From NCBI GenBank assembly GCA_046331175.1, contig JAXLRI010000014.1, positions 71,287 through 135,286 on the forward strand: DNA of 64,000 nucleotides. Direction: 5' to 3'. Position 1 is the stretch's first letter; each line of letters begins with the position of its first letter. Position numbers and translations under genes: made by a program. The DNA is from Acidimicrobiales bacterium (GTDB taxonomy: Bacteria > Actinomycetota > Acidimicrobiia > Acidimicrobiales > Acidimicrobilacustridaceae). Under the pieces are notes generated by a model. That model was not told where the DNA came from. It saw only the letters and a list, made by a program, of their open reading frames with translations, and did not search any database. Below are positions 9,561-18,136 of this stretch, piece by piece.

Positions 9561-9938
9561 ATGCCAGCGAAGGACGAAGCGCTTCCCGGCACCCTGCAGC
9601 GCTCGCCGGCCAAGGCCCGCCGGACCTACACCAAGGCCCTCGACGCCGCCCACGACGAGTACGACTCCGAGGAGCGGGCCCACCGCACCGCCTACGCCGC
9701 CCTGAAGCACGGCTTCGAGAATGTGGGCGACCACTGGGAGCCCAAGGACGAGCCCGGCCCGTCGGACCGACGGGCGGCCGGCGGGCGCTCGACCGACGCC
9801 GAGACCGCGGGCGGCGTGGACGAGCTCGGCCACACCCGGGCCGAGCTGTACGACCGGGCCCGTGACCTGGGGATCCACGGCCGGTCGCGCATGACCAAGC
9901 ACGAGCTGGCCCGGGCCATCGCCCGGGCCCAGGACTGA
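9561..9938 (+). CDS. ChaB-family protein with C-terminal Rho_N/SAP-like motif
   Basis: The tail of ORF 9525..9938 reads LPGTLQRSPAKARRTYTKALDAAHDEYDSEERAHRTAYAALKHGFE, then TRAELYDRARDLGIHGRSRMTKHELARAI. Confidence 0.75.
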   Translation: MPAKDEALPGTLQRSPAKARRTYTKALDAAHDEYDSEERAHRTAYAALKHGFENVGDHWEPKDEPGPSDRRAAGGRSTDAETAGGVDELGHTRAELYDRARDLGIHGRSRMTKHELARAIARAQD

Positions 9939-9964
9939 CGTCCGCCGGCCTCGGACCGCGAGCG

Positions 9965-11683
9965 GTGGGCAGGCCCGGCTCGAACGACCCGCGACCCGAG
10001 CGGGGAGGTGCCGCGACGCGGCCGGCCGCTGCGGGTGGTGAGGTCGTCGCACGCCTGCTCGACCACCTCGAGCACAGCCCCGACCTGATCGCGGTCGTCG
10101 ACCCCGCGGGCAACGTCCGGTACCTGAACCAGGTGGCCCAGGAGGCGGTGGCGCGCCACGGGCTCGACCGCCCCGACCTGTCCCTGACCGACCTCCTCGA
10201 GCCCGAGGCCTTCCTCACCTACCAGGACCTCGTGCGGCCCGCTCTGCTGCGCGACGAGGTGTGGCAGGGCCCGCTGCGCCTCCGCCTCGACAGCGACCAG
10301 GAGCGCTGGGTCACCATGACCGGCGACGGTGCGGGCGGCGGAGACGGCTGGTTGGTGGCCGCCGCTCGACCCTCGTCGCTGGACCGCCCCCACCCGGGCG
10401 ACCACCTGGCCCGCGGGCGCGACGAGCTGACCGGGCTGACCACCCGCGGCGGGCTGGCCGAGCGGCTCGAGGTCGCCCTGGCGCGGGCCCGCCGCTCCGG
10501 GCGGCCGGTCGCCGTCGCCTTCGTCGACCTCGACGACCTGAAGGCCATCAACGACCGGTTCGGCCACCTCGCCGGCGACGTCGTGCTGACCGAGGTCGCC
10601 CACCGGCTGTCCGACGCGGTGCGGGCCATCGACCTGGTGGCCCGCACGGGCGGGGACGAGTTCGTGGTCGTCTTCGACGGCGTCGAGGACGACGACGAGG
10701 CCGAGGCCCTCCTCGTGCGCCTGCAGGCCGCCGTCGAGAGCGGCGCCATCGGCATCGACGAGGGGCTGGTGCACGTGTCGGTGAGCGTCGGCATCGCCAC
10801 CAGCGCCGGGCACGACGCCCCCGAGGTGCTGCTGCGCCGCGCCGACGCGGCCATGTACGACGCCAAGGGCGAGCGTCGGCGACCGCCGGGCCGCGACGAC
10901 CACCACTGGGAGGGGGAGGCCCCGACCGTCCGGGACGTCGCCGTCGCCCTCACCCAGGGCCGCATCGCCCCGGGCTACTGGGCCGTCACGACCAGCGACC
11001 GGTCGCACCTCGCCGGCGTGCAGGCCGCGGCCCGGTGGCACGGGCCCGACGGCATCTGGCGGCCGGCCGCCGACTTCGCCCCGCTGGTCGCCCGCACCGG
11101 GGTCGGCTTCTCGCTCGAGCTGGCCATCCTGAACCAGGTCGTGGCCGACGCTCCGTCGTGGATCCCCCAGCCGGGCCGGCTCTACGTGCACGCCTCCCGG
11201 TCGTTCCTCGAGCGGCGGGGGGTCGCCCGCTTCTTCGCCGAGGTGGTCGGCCGCGGGGGCGTGCCGGCGTCGTCGCTGGGCCTGGTGGTGGCGTCCGAGG
11301 ACCTCGTGGGCCGGGTCGAGCTGGTGCAGCGGCCCCTGTGGGAGCTGCACGAGCTCGGCGTCCACCTGGTGGTCGGCCTGGGCCCCGGCTCGCCCCCGAT
11401 CGTGCCCGACCTCGTCGAGGCGGTCTTCGACGAGGTCCGCCTCGAGCCCGCCTTCGCCCGGGCCGGCCTGGGCGGGGCCGGCCTCGCCGCCATCGCCGAC
11501 GCGGCCGGCCGCGGCCACCGCCACGGCCTGCAGGTCCGCCTGGCCGGCGTCGGCGACGCCCGGCTCGCCGAGCGGGCCGCCAGCGCCGGCGTCGAGCTGC
11601 TCGAGGGGCCGATCGCCGCCCACCGCGTCGAGCGCGGCCCCGAGCGGCACCACCCGCGGGCCCCGTCGACGATCGCCAGCTGA
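9965..11683 (+). CDS. PAS-GGDEF-EAL signalling protein (EAL domain degenerate)
   Basis: ORF 9965..11683 has a PAS-like N-terminus and the RAIDLVARTGGDEF motif (RxxD I-site plus GGDEF). The C-terminal EAL-fold region lacks the signature residues. The start codon is uncertain. Confidence 0.9.
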   Translation: MGRPGSNDPRPERGGAATRPAAAGGEVVARLLDHLEHSPDLIAVVDPAGNVRYLNQVAQEAVARHGLDRPDLSLTDLLEPEAFLTYQDLVRPALLRDEVWQGPLRLRLDSDQERWVTMTGDGAGGGDGWLVAAARPSSLDRPHPGDHLARGRDELTGLTTRGGLAERLEVALARARRSGRPVAVAFVDLDDLKAINDRFGHLAGDVVLTEVAHRLSDAVRAIDLVARTGGDEFVVVFDGVEDDDEAEALLVRLQAAVESGAIGIDEGLVHVSVSVGIATSAGHDAPEVLLRRADAAMYDAKGERRRPPGRDDHHWEGEAPTVRDVAVALTQGRIAPGYWAVTTSDRSHLAGVQAAARWHGPDGIWRPAADFAPLVARTGVGFSLELAILNQVVADAPSWIPQPGRLYVHASRSFLERRGVARFFAEVVGRGGVPASSLGLVVASEDLVGRVELVQRPLWELHELGVHLVVGLGPGSPPIVPDLVEAVFDEVRLEPAFARAGLGGAGLAAIADAAGRGHRHGLQVRLAGVGDARLAERAASAGVELLEGPIAAHRVERGPERHHPRAPSTIAS

Positions 11684-11685
11684 TC

Positions 11686-11805
11686 CGAGAGCGCCGACCC
11701 CGAGCCCGACGATCTCGAGCCCGGCGATCCCGAGCGCGGCGATCCCGAGCGCGACGACCCCGAGCCCGGCGATCCCCAGACCGACGCTCCCGAGACCGAC
11801 GACCC
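11686..11805. repeat. Tandem repeat, 8 x 15 bp (consensus CGAGCCCGGCGATCC)
   Basis: I counted the units directly from 11686. The array begins 3 nt after the GGDEF/EAL stop codon. Confidence 0.8.
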
Positions 11806-11929
11806 GGCGCCGGGCGCGGCCGAGGGCGCAGCACCCCCCGGTGAGGTGGAGCGCTGCGCCCTCGGCACCGTCGCCGCCGGGCGGCGACGACCAGTCGTGC
11901 TGGTCAGCGGTGGCGATCAGCCGTGCTGG

Positions 11930-12100
11930 TCAATCCTTGTGCAGGGCGTCCTTGACCTTGTCGACGGCCTCGCCGGCCTTCTCCTTGATGGTGCCGGCGC
12001 CCCGGTCGACCTTGCCCTCTCGCTCGAGGTCCTTGTCGCCGGTGATGTCGCCGGCGGCCTCCTTGATGCGGCCCTTCGCCTGGTCGATCTTCTCACCCAT
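11930..12100 (-). CDS. CsbD-family general stress protein
   Basis: The tail of ORF 11930..12469 reads MGEKIDQAKGRIKEAAGDITGDKDLEREGKVDRGAGTIKEKAGEAVDKVKDALHKD. Confidence 0.85.
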   Translation of the reverse strand: MGEKIDQAKGRIKEAAGDITGDKDLEREGKVDRGAGTIKEKAGEAVDKVKDALHKD

Positions 12101-12243
12101 CTGCTGCTCCGTTCTCCGGTCGGGGACCGGGCTCGTGCCCGGTCGTCGGTGCTCGATCCCTACCCGGGGGCCGACCCGTGCATGTGGCGACATCCGTCGC
12201 ATCGGCACGCCCTGCCGCCAGGTCGCCGGCCCGATCGGACGGA

Positions 12244-12606
12244 TCAGGCGGTGCGGGCCCGGGCCCGCACCGCGTCCTGCTCCCGATCGATGTCGGCGTC
12301 GGAGGAGTCCTCGAGGTCGAGGAGCTCGGGATCGGCGCGGTCGAGGGCCTCGAGGATGGCGTCGAGCTTGGTCTGCACGGCTCGGCCGTCCCGGTTCTGG
12401 GTGTTCTGGATGACGAAGACCATGACGAAGGTGACGATCGTCGTGCCCGTGTTGATCACCAGCTGCCACGTGTCCGAGAAGTGGAACACCGGGCCCGAGG
12501 TGGCCCAGACGACGATCACCAGGAGGGCGCCGCCATGGCGGGGACCCGCTGCGGCGCGCGGCCTAGTCCTCCAGGGCGAGGTCGGCGTCGTCCTCGAGAA
12601 GCTCAC
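12244..12606 (-). CDS. Low-affinity iron permease family protein
   Basis: ORF 12244..12606 contains [36 protein letters not shown]. The start is uncertain because the listed start overlaps the sigma-factor 3' end by 44 nt. Confidence 0.75.
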   Translation of the reverse strand: MSFSRTTPTSPWRTRPRAAAGPRHGGALLVIVVWATSGPVFHFSDTWQLVINTGTTIVTFVMVFVIQNTQNRDGRAVQTKLDAILEALDRADPELLDLEDSSDADIDREQDAVRARARTA

Positions 12607-13345
12607 GGAGGTGCAGCAGGGTCTTGCGGAGGAGGCGGGAGAGGTAGGACTGGCTGACGCCGATCCGCTCGGCGATCTCGGGCTGGCTCATGCCCTCGAA
12701 GAACCGCAGGGCGATGATCTCCCGCTCGCGCTCGGGCAGCTGCTCGACCAGCTCGACCACGAGCATCCGCTGGTCGACCCGTCCGTAGCCAGGCTCGGTG
12801 CCGACGACGAGGCGCTCGACGCGCGGCGCCTGGTCGTCGTCGTCGCCGCTGCGCGCCGGCTGGTCGAGGCTGCTCGCCCGGTGGGCGACGCCAGCCTCGA
12901 GCGCCTCCAGCACGTGGTCGACCGACTCGTCGAGGTCGTCGGCCAGCTCGGCCACGGTGGGCGAGCGCCCCAGCCGCTGGGTCAGCTCCTCCTCCGCCCG
13001 CCGCAGCTCGAGGTGCAGCTCCTGGGCGCGCCGGGGCGGCTTCACGGCCCAGGTGCGGTCGCGGAAGTAGCGCTTCAGCTCGCCCTCGATGGTGCGGCTG
13101 GCGAAGGTCCCGAACTCGATGCCGAGGTCGGGGTCGAAGCGGTCGATCGAGCGCAGCATCGTGAGCAGCGCCACCTGGCGGAGGTCGTCGCGCGGGACGC
13201 CTCGGCCCGAGTAGCGCCGCACGTAGTAGTCGGGGACGCTCAGGTGCTCCTCGACGATGCGGTTCCGGACCCGGCGGTCGCCCGTGCTGCGGTACTCCCG
13301 GAAGAGCTCGGCGACCTCGGCCCGACGATCACCCACCACCGTCAC
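12563..13345 (-). CDS. SigB/SigF-type (group 3) RNA polymerase sigma factor
   Basis: ORF 12563..13345 has [38 protein letters not shown] and a region 4 HTH ([21 protein letters not shown]). Confidence 0.9.
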   Translation of the reverse strand: MTVVGDRRAEVAELFREYRSTGDRRVRNRIVEEHLSVPDYYVRRYSGRGVPRDDLRQVALLTMLRSIDRFDPDLGIEFGTFASRTIEGELKRYFRDRTWAVKPPRRAQELHLELRRAEEELTQRLGRSPTVAELADDLDESVDHVLEALEAGVAHRASSLDQPARSGDDDDQAPRVERLVVGTEPGYGRVDQRMLVVELVEQLPEREREIIALRFFEGMSQPEIAERIGVSQSYLSRLLRKTLLHLRELLEDDADLALED

Positions 13346-13715
13346 GGCGCTGCCCCCGCTTCACGAGGCGGAACGAGCGCCGACCATCACCGCCGTCGAC
13401 GGCGAACTCGTCGGCGACGATGCCGAGGAGCTCCTCGGCGACCCGGTGCAGCTGGGGTGCCGGACCATCGGCGTCGACCTCGCCGTCGATGCGGATGGTG
13501 GTGCCGTCGACCCAGTAGCGGAGCGCGAGCCGGCTGTGAGCCGGGACGTCGTCGATGACCGCGGCGCACAGCTCGTCGACGGCGACGCGGAGGTCCTCGA
13601 TCGCCTCGAGGTCGAACCCGAGGTCGCCGGCGAGGCCGGCAGCCGTGAGGCGGGCCAGGCGCAGGTGGCGGGTCTGCGCTGGCATCGTCAGGTGCACGGC
13701 GTCGTCGGCGGGCAT
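13329..13715 (-). CDS. Anti-sigma factor (UsfX/RsbW-like)
   Basis: This is ORF 13329..13787 from MPADDAVHL, with GGGAGGAG upstream of the ATG at 13715. It contains LEAIEDLRVAVDELCAAVI, and its 3' end overlaps the sigma gene start. Confidence 0.75.
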   Translation of the reverse strand: MPADDAVHLTMPAQTRHLRLARLTAAGLAGDLGFDLEAIEDLRVAVDELCAAVIDDVPAHSRLALRYWVDGTTIRIDGEVDADGPAPQLHRVAEELLGIVADEFAVDGGDGRRSFRLVKRGQRRDGGG

Positions 13716-13783
13716 CCCCGTCTCCTCCCGGTCGGTGCCGGCAGTGTACGAAGCGTCGGCCGTCGCCCCCCGCTGCACGGCGG

Positions 13784-14191
13784 TCACGGCTCCACCGCGA
13801 TGTGGTCGACCAGACCGGTGATCTCCAGCAGGCGGCGGGCCGTCTCGCTCGGCCTGCGCAGGACGAGACGCCCGCCCGCGGCGTCTAGGGCCTTCTGCGC
13901 GCTGATGACCACGCGCAGCCCCGACGAGTCGATGAAGGTGAGGCCGGACAGCTCGAGCACCACCGTGGTGGGGACGGTGTCCCCCGCCGGCGCCCGGACT
14001 GCGTCGATCTGCTCCTGCAGGAGCGGCGCGGTGTGGGGATCCAGCTCACCGGTCAGGACCAGGACGGTCTCGGGGCCGGTGGCCTCGACGGTGATGACGA
14101 GCGGATGCTCCAGGTCGGCGTTCACGGGGGTCCCCTCCTCGGGGGCGCTGCCGGGTGGCGGCGCCGGGCGGTCGTCGATCGGTGCGCTCAC
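13784..14191 (-). CDS. STAS-domain anti-sigma-factor antagonist (RsbV/SpoIIAA-like)
   Basis: ORF 13784..14191 reads VLVLTGELD...LELSGLTFIDSSGLRVVISAQKAL. The Ser in DSSG is the phosphorylatable residue. Confidence 0.85.
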   Translation of the reverse strand: MSAPIDDRPAPPPGSAPEEGTPVNADLEHPLVITVEATGPETVLVLTGELDPHTAPLLQEQIDAVRAPAGDTVPTTVVLELSGLTFIDSSGLRVVISAQKALDAAGGRLVLRRPSETARRLLEITGLVDHIAVEP

Positions 14192-14397
14192 GGTTCGATC
14201 TGACCCTCGCCGTCGACCTCGGCCCCGATGCGGTTCATCTCCTCGGCGTGCTCCACCACGGAGGGGTCGAGCGGGTTGCTGTCGGCCAGCCGCTCCTCCT
14301 CCGGCGTCGGCGCTCGGTCGGCGCGGTGCTCGACGCCGGCGCTGGCCTCCTCGGCGGCCACGGTCTCCTCGGTGGTCAGCTGGTCCGGGTCCTTCAT
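14188..14397 (-). CDS. Hypothetical small acidic protein
   Basis: This is ORF 14188..14550 from MKDPDQLTTEE. GAGGAG lies upstream of the ATG at 14397, and the stop overlaps the STAS start (GTGA). Confidence 0.5.
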   Translation of the reverse strand: MKDPDQLTTEETVAAEEASAGVEHRADRAPTPEEERLADSNPLDPSVVEHAEEMNRIGAEVDGEGQIEP

Positions 14398-14491
14398 GGG
14401 CTGCTCCTCGTGGTCCGGCGGTCCGAGGACCGGGCGCGGCGGATGCGAGCCGCGCCCGGGTCGTCGGTCCGCCGATGCGATCCCTCCGCCC

Positions 14492-14519
14492 CTACCCAGC
14501 GCCGCACTCGCCGAGAACC
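14492..14519 (-). promoter_or_regulatory. Candidate SigB/F-type promoter GGTTCT-N16-GGGTAG
   Basis: On the minus strand, GGTTCT (complement of 14514-14519) and GGGTAG (complement of 14492-14497) lie about 95 nt upstream of the small-acidic/STAS/anti-sigma/sigma genes. Confidence 0.35.
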
Positions 14520-14550
14520 TCTCCGCCGACGGCGCGGTGATGCCCGACAC

Positions 14551-14610
14551 GGTGCGATCGGGCGCGCTGCGATCGGGCGCGCTGCGATCAGGCGCGCTGC
14601 GATCAGGCGG
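14551..14610. repeat. Tandem repeat, 4 x 15 bp (GCTGCGATC[G/A]GGCGC)
   Basis: I counted the units directly. The last unit contains the stop codon of gene 14603..15010. Confidence 0.8.
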
Positions 14611-15010
14611 CGCCGTCGGGGGTGCCGGTGATGCCGGGGGTCGGCTCGGACCCGCCGGCCTCGGACGGCGAACGGGACAGCACGGCCAGGACGTCGGCCT
14701 CCTCGAGGGAGGACTCGGGCCCGTAGTGGGCGACGAAGGTGCCGTGCGCGTCGCAGACCGGGCAGATCAGGGGGACGACGATGAGCTGGTCGGCCGGATC
14801 GGACGCCCCCTCGAGGCGGGTCACGGCGTCGGCGCGGCAGTCCTCGGCGGCGAACTCCGACCGGCAGTGCCCGCAGCGCAGGCGACCGCCCTCGAGGGGG
14901 ACCAGCTGGGTGGTCCAGCCGTCGGCCTCGAGGCGGTCGAGCACGGACACCAGCGAGGTGTCGGCGGGCATGGCCGACGGCGGCACGTGGTCGGGCCGGT
15001 CGGTGGTCAC
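14603..15010 (-). CDS. Hypothetical protein with CxxC...CxxC zinc-ribbon-like motif
   Basis: ORF 14603..15010 contains RCGHCRSEF...ICPVCDAHG. A GTG start overlaps the CBS gene stop. Confidence 0.6.
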   Translation of the reverse strand: MTTDRPDHVPPSAMPADTSLVSVLDRLEADGWTTQLVPLEGGRLRCGHCRSEFAAEDCRADAVTRLEGASDPADQLIVVPLICPVCDAHGTFVAHYGPESSLEEADVLAVLSRSPSEAGGSEPTPGITGTPDGAA

Positions 15011-15429
15011 GACTGCGGGGGCTGTTCGGCGATGTCGGCCATGGCCGAGGTCTGGTCGAACTCGCGGGCGAGGTCGCCGAGGGAGACCAGGCCGAGCGGC
15101 TGGCCGCCGTCGGCGACGACGGGGATGCGACGCACGGCGTGGTCGCGCATCAGGCGCACCACCTCGCCGACCTCGGTGTCGGGGCCGACGGTGACCGGCT
15201 CGGACGTGCAGACCTCCTGCACCGCCGTGGCCGACGGGTCACGGCCGTCGGCGATGGCACGCACGGCGATGTCGCGATCGGTCACCAGGCCCTGCACCCG
15301 ACCGTCGTCGTCGATGACGATGACGTCGCCGACGTCGCGGTCGCGCATCACCCGGGCCGCCTCGACGAGGGTGGCACCGGTGGCGAGCGTGCACGGCTCG
15401 GTGGTCATCATGTCGCTCACGATGGGCAT
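15007..15429 (-). CDS. CBS-domain pair protein
   Basis: ORF 15007..15429 has two CBS motifs: VSDMMTTEPCTL...VIDDDGRVQGLVTDRDI, and VCTSEPVTV...RRIPVVADGGQPLGLVSLGDL. Confidence 0.9.
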   Translation of the reverse strand: MPIVSDMMTTEPCTLATGATLVEAARVMRDRDVGDVIVIDDDGRVQGLVTDRDIAVRAIADGRDPSATAVQEVCTSEPVTVGPDTEVGEVVRLMRDHAVRRIPVVADGGQPLGLVSLGDLAREFDQTSAMADIAEQPPQS

Positions 15430-15601
15430 GCGAGCCTCCTGAGGTCGGGGCGCCCGACCGGCTGTCGGGCGACCCCCGGCCCCTTCCCACCGGCCTCGTG
15501 TCCAGACCAGCGGCGCCAGACGGCGGCGGGGGACGTCCCGTCGTCACGGCATCGCGGCGTCCGCGGCGCGCTCGCCTCGGCGCGACCGGTGGACCGGGGG
15601 G

Positions 15602-17167
15602 TCAGGCGGCGGTGGTGACCTTGGGAGCGCCGGGGGCGCCGGGTGCTGCCCCGACGGCCTCGGCGGGGGCGGCGACCGCTCGCGTCGTCGTGTCGGTGTC
15701 CGTGTCGGCGTCGGGGACAGCTCCGGCATCCCTGTCGGCCGATTCGGCCGCTTCATCCGCGGCGGTGGCTTGGTCGAGGGCGGCTTGGTCGGCTTGGGTC
15801 CAGGCGCCGTAGAAGCAGTCGCGGGCCCAGGGGGTGAGGCGTTCGCCGGTGCCGGTGCGTCGCCGTCCCGGGGGTGGGGGTTCGGGTGGTGGCCCGAGGG
15901 GTGGTGCGGGGGGTTCGATGATGGATCCGTCGGGGGCGACCACGACGAGGATGCGTTTGGGGCCTCGGTTCTCCCAGCGGGTGGACCAGCCTCGTCGGTG
16001 GACCTTGCGGTGGTGCTTGCGGCACAACAACACGAGCTCGTCGACCCTCGTGGGGCCCACGGGGTGGGGGGTCACATGGTGGGCGATCAGGCGCTTGGTG
16101 CGCCCACAGCCCGGGTACTGGCAGCAGCGGTCCCGGGCGAACAGCGCGACGACCTGGGCGGAGGTCGCGAACCGGGTCGGCGACGTCACCTGCACCGGCA
16201 CCCCGTCACGCTCCACCAACGCCGCGATCCCCGCGTCACAGGCCAGCTCACGAGCCACGCACGGGTCGAGCGAGCACGCCCCGGCCACACACGCCTCGGC
16301 CTTCGCCAGGTCATCGAGGTCGGGGTGCAGGGCGGCTTCGTCGACCCGGACGATCACCTGGAACCGCTGGGGGATGACGTCGGGCGCGTTGGTCGTCCCG
16401 GCGAGGTGGTCCGTCGCGATCGCGACCAGCGCCTCGACCCGGGTCATCGGCTCCCCACCATCACCACCACCAGCACGGGTGTCTTCGCGGTCGGCGTCGA
16501 GCGTGGCGTCGATGGCAGCCTCGAACACCGCCCCGTCCTCGGCGCGGGTGCGGATGTGCGCCTCGTACATGCCGAACTCGTCGAAGTGGCCGTCGAGGTA
16601 CTCCTCGGACGGGTCCCGACCCGCCACCGGCGCCTTGGGTTGCAGCGGCTTGTACTCCGCCACCAGACGCGACAGCTGCGGCCCGGTGGCCGCCTCGGCG
16701 GCCTCCAACAACCGCGACTCGTTCGCCGGGGTCGCCACCTTCACCAACGTCGCCGCGACCCCTTCGGACACCTCCCCGGTCGCGAACGCCTCGGCCAGCC
16801 TCGGCAGGACGGGTAGCCGTCGGGCCAACACCACCTGCCGGCGCGCCTCACCCGTGGTCAACCCGCCTGCCCACGCCAACCACGCCGAGGTCGACAACGT
16901 GTCGATCACCCCGAACGCGCGCAGCTCATCGACCCGGGCCACCAACGCCACCGAACGGGCCTGCAGCTGCGCGATCTGGGACTGCACCGCCCGCAGCTGC
17001 CCCGACAGCTCCTTCAGCTCGACCTCCTCGGGCGACGCCCCGATGAAGGTCACCCGACCATCCGCGTCGCGGTGGGTGCGCGCCTCGAGCTCCGCCGCCC
17101 GCGCCCGCCACCGCTCGCGCTCGGCGGCCTCGGCTTCCGGATCGACCTCGGGATCGCTGGGGTACAT
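15602..17167 (-). CDS. DUF222 / HNH endonuclease (13E12-repeat-type) protein
   Basis: ORF 15602..17167 has an HNH core (CCQYPGCGRTKRLIAHHVTPHP...LLCRKHHRKVH) behind a long DUF222-like N-terminus. Confidence 0.85.
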   Translation of the reverse strand: MYPSDPEVDPEAEAAERERWRARAAELEARTHRDADGRVTFIGASPEEVELKELSGQLRAVQSQIAQLQARSVALVARVDELRAFGVIDTLSTSAWLAWAGGLTTGEARRQVVLARRLPVLPRLAEAFATGEVSEGVAATLVKVATPANESRLLEAAEAATGPQLSRLVAEYKPLQPKAPVAGRDPSEEYLDGHFDEFGMYEAHIRTRAEDGAVFEAAIDATLDADREDTRAGGGDGGEPMTRVEALVAIATDHLAGTTNAPDVIPQRFQVIVRVDEAALHPDLDDLAKAEACVAGACSLDPCVARELACDAGIAALVERDGVPVQVTSPTRFATSAQVVALFARDRCCQYPGCGRTKRLIAHHVTPHPVGPTRVDELVLLCRKHHRKVHRRGWSTRWENRGPKRILVVVAPDGSIIEPPAPPLGPPPEPPPPGRRRTGTGERLTPWARDCFYGAWTQADQAALDQATAADEAAESADRDAGAVPDADTDTDTTTRAVAAPAEAVGAAPGAPGAPKVTTAA

Positions 17168-17316
17168 GTGTTCGAGACTAGCACCCCCACCAGCACCGAT
17201 CCACCCGAGATCACATGCAACATGTCACACGGCGGAACCCGGCGGTCACGGCGACGACGGCCGCCTCGTCGGTTGGAGGAGTAGGTTGGAACGCACTTCT
17301 CCAACTGGGAGTCGCC

Positions 17317-17598
17317 ATGCCCTACGCCGGCAGCGTCCGCCACCAACAAGACGTCGTGATCAGCGCCTTCCGCTCGGCCGAGGCGTGCGATCCTGCGCAC
17401 GCCATCCCGCTCGGATCGCTCCCTCGGGCGGCGCTGACCGAGCGGCGGGTGCGCACCACCGTGCTGGAGCGGTTCGTCGAGCTCGGCATCCTCGTGCCCG
17501 ACGGTGGCGACCGGCACCACCTCGATGACCCACTGGCCCAGGCCCTCCTCGATCACCGCAGTGGGATGCACCTCTGGCGCATGGCGGACGACCCCTGA
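17317..17598 (+). CDS. Hypothetical protein
   Basis: This is ORF 17215..17598 from MPYAGSVRHQQ. GGGAG lies 5 nt upstream of the ATG. I recognise no family. Confidence 0.45.
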   Translation: MPYAGSVRHQQDVVISAFRSAEACDPAHAIPLGSLPRAALTERRVRTTVLERFVELGILVPDGGDRHHLDDPLAQALLDHRSGMHLWRMADDP

Positions 17599-17740
17599 TC
17601 CGACCCGCGGGCTCGAACCCGCCGCCCCGCCCGCCGCCCTCCCCATCACGAGCACCCCACAGCGGCGCCCGCCCCGATCCCCGCCCCGATCCCCGCCCGG
17701 TCCGCCCACCGCACGTCCACCATCCCCTGGAGAGGTATCG

Positions 17741-17974
17741 ATGCCATCCGAGCGCACCGACGGGAAGTACGCCTGGACCGCCAAGGTCGGCGACAAGGGC
17801 CAGATCGTGATCCCCAAGGAGGCGCGGGAGGTGTTCGGCATCCACCCGGGCGACCGCGTCCTCCTGCTCGGCGACATCCGACGGGGCATCGCCATCGTGA
17901 ACAACGACGACTTCCTGCACCTCGCCGCCTCCGTGTTCACCGCCCAGCTGAACCCCGAGGACGAACCCGGCTGA
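17741..17974 (+). CDS. AbrB/MazE/SpoVT-family DNA-binding protein
   Basis: The tail of ORF 17504..17974 reads AKVGDKGQIVIPKEAREVFGIHPGDRVLLLGD. GGAGAGG precedes the ATG at 17741. Confidence 0.8.
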   Translation: MPSERTDGKYAWTAKVGDKGQIVIPKEAREVFGIHPGDRVLLLGDIRRGIAIVNNDDFLHLAASVFTAQLNPEDEPG

Positions 17975-18009
17975 GCCCCGGCCAGCTCCCGGCCGGCCCC
18001 CACCGGGCG

Positions 18010-18136
18010 CCCGATCACCGCCACCGCCGCCGGGCCCTGGGCCGAGCCCCACCGGAACCCCGGGCGCGCCGCAGCGCCCGGCGGTGTCGGGGACCCGGGC
18101 GCTGCGGACGGAGAAGGGCCGGTGGCGGTGATCGGG
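18010..18136. repeat. Nested inverted repeats (17-bp outer stem enclosing a 13-bp hairpin)
   Basis: The outer stem pairs CCCGATCACCGCCACCG (18010-18026) with CGGTGGCGGTGATCGGG (18120-18136). The inner stem pairs CCGCAGCGCCCGG (18069-18081) with CCGGGCGCTGCGG (18095-18107). Confidence 0.6.

Noticed and set aside
2600-11653. Very long Arg/Pro/Gly/Ala-rich ORFs. Examples are 2198..3697 (the part upstream of the MarR domain), 2821..4827 (N-terminal part), 5043..6701, 5297..6901, 9139..10218, 9692..11653 and 10261..11844.
   Set aside because: Their composition (runs of R, P, G and A with few K, I, F, Y or N) is typical of out-of-frame or antisense shadows in >70% GC DNA, and they overlap better-supported genes. 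The same reasoning applies to 18196..19956, 27369..30248, 28042..30783, 31567..35019 (distal 2.6 kb), 35902..38040 and 48287..50107.
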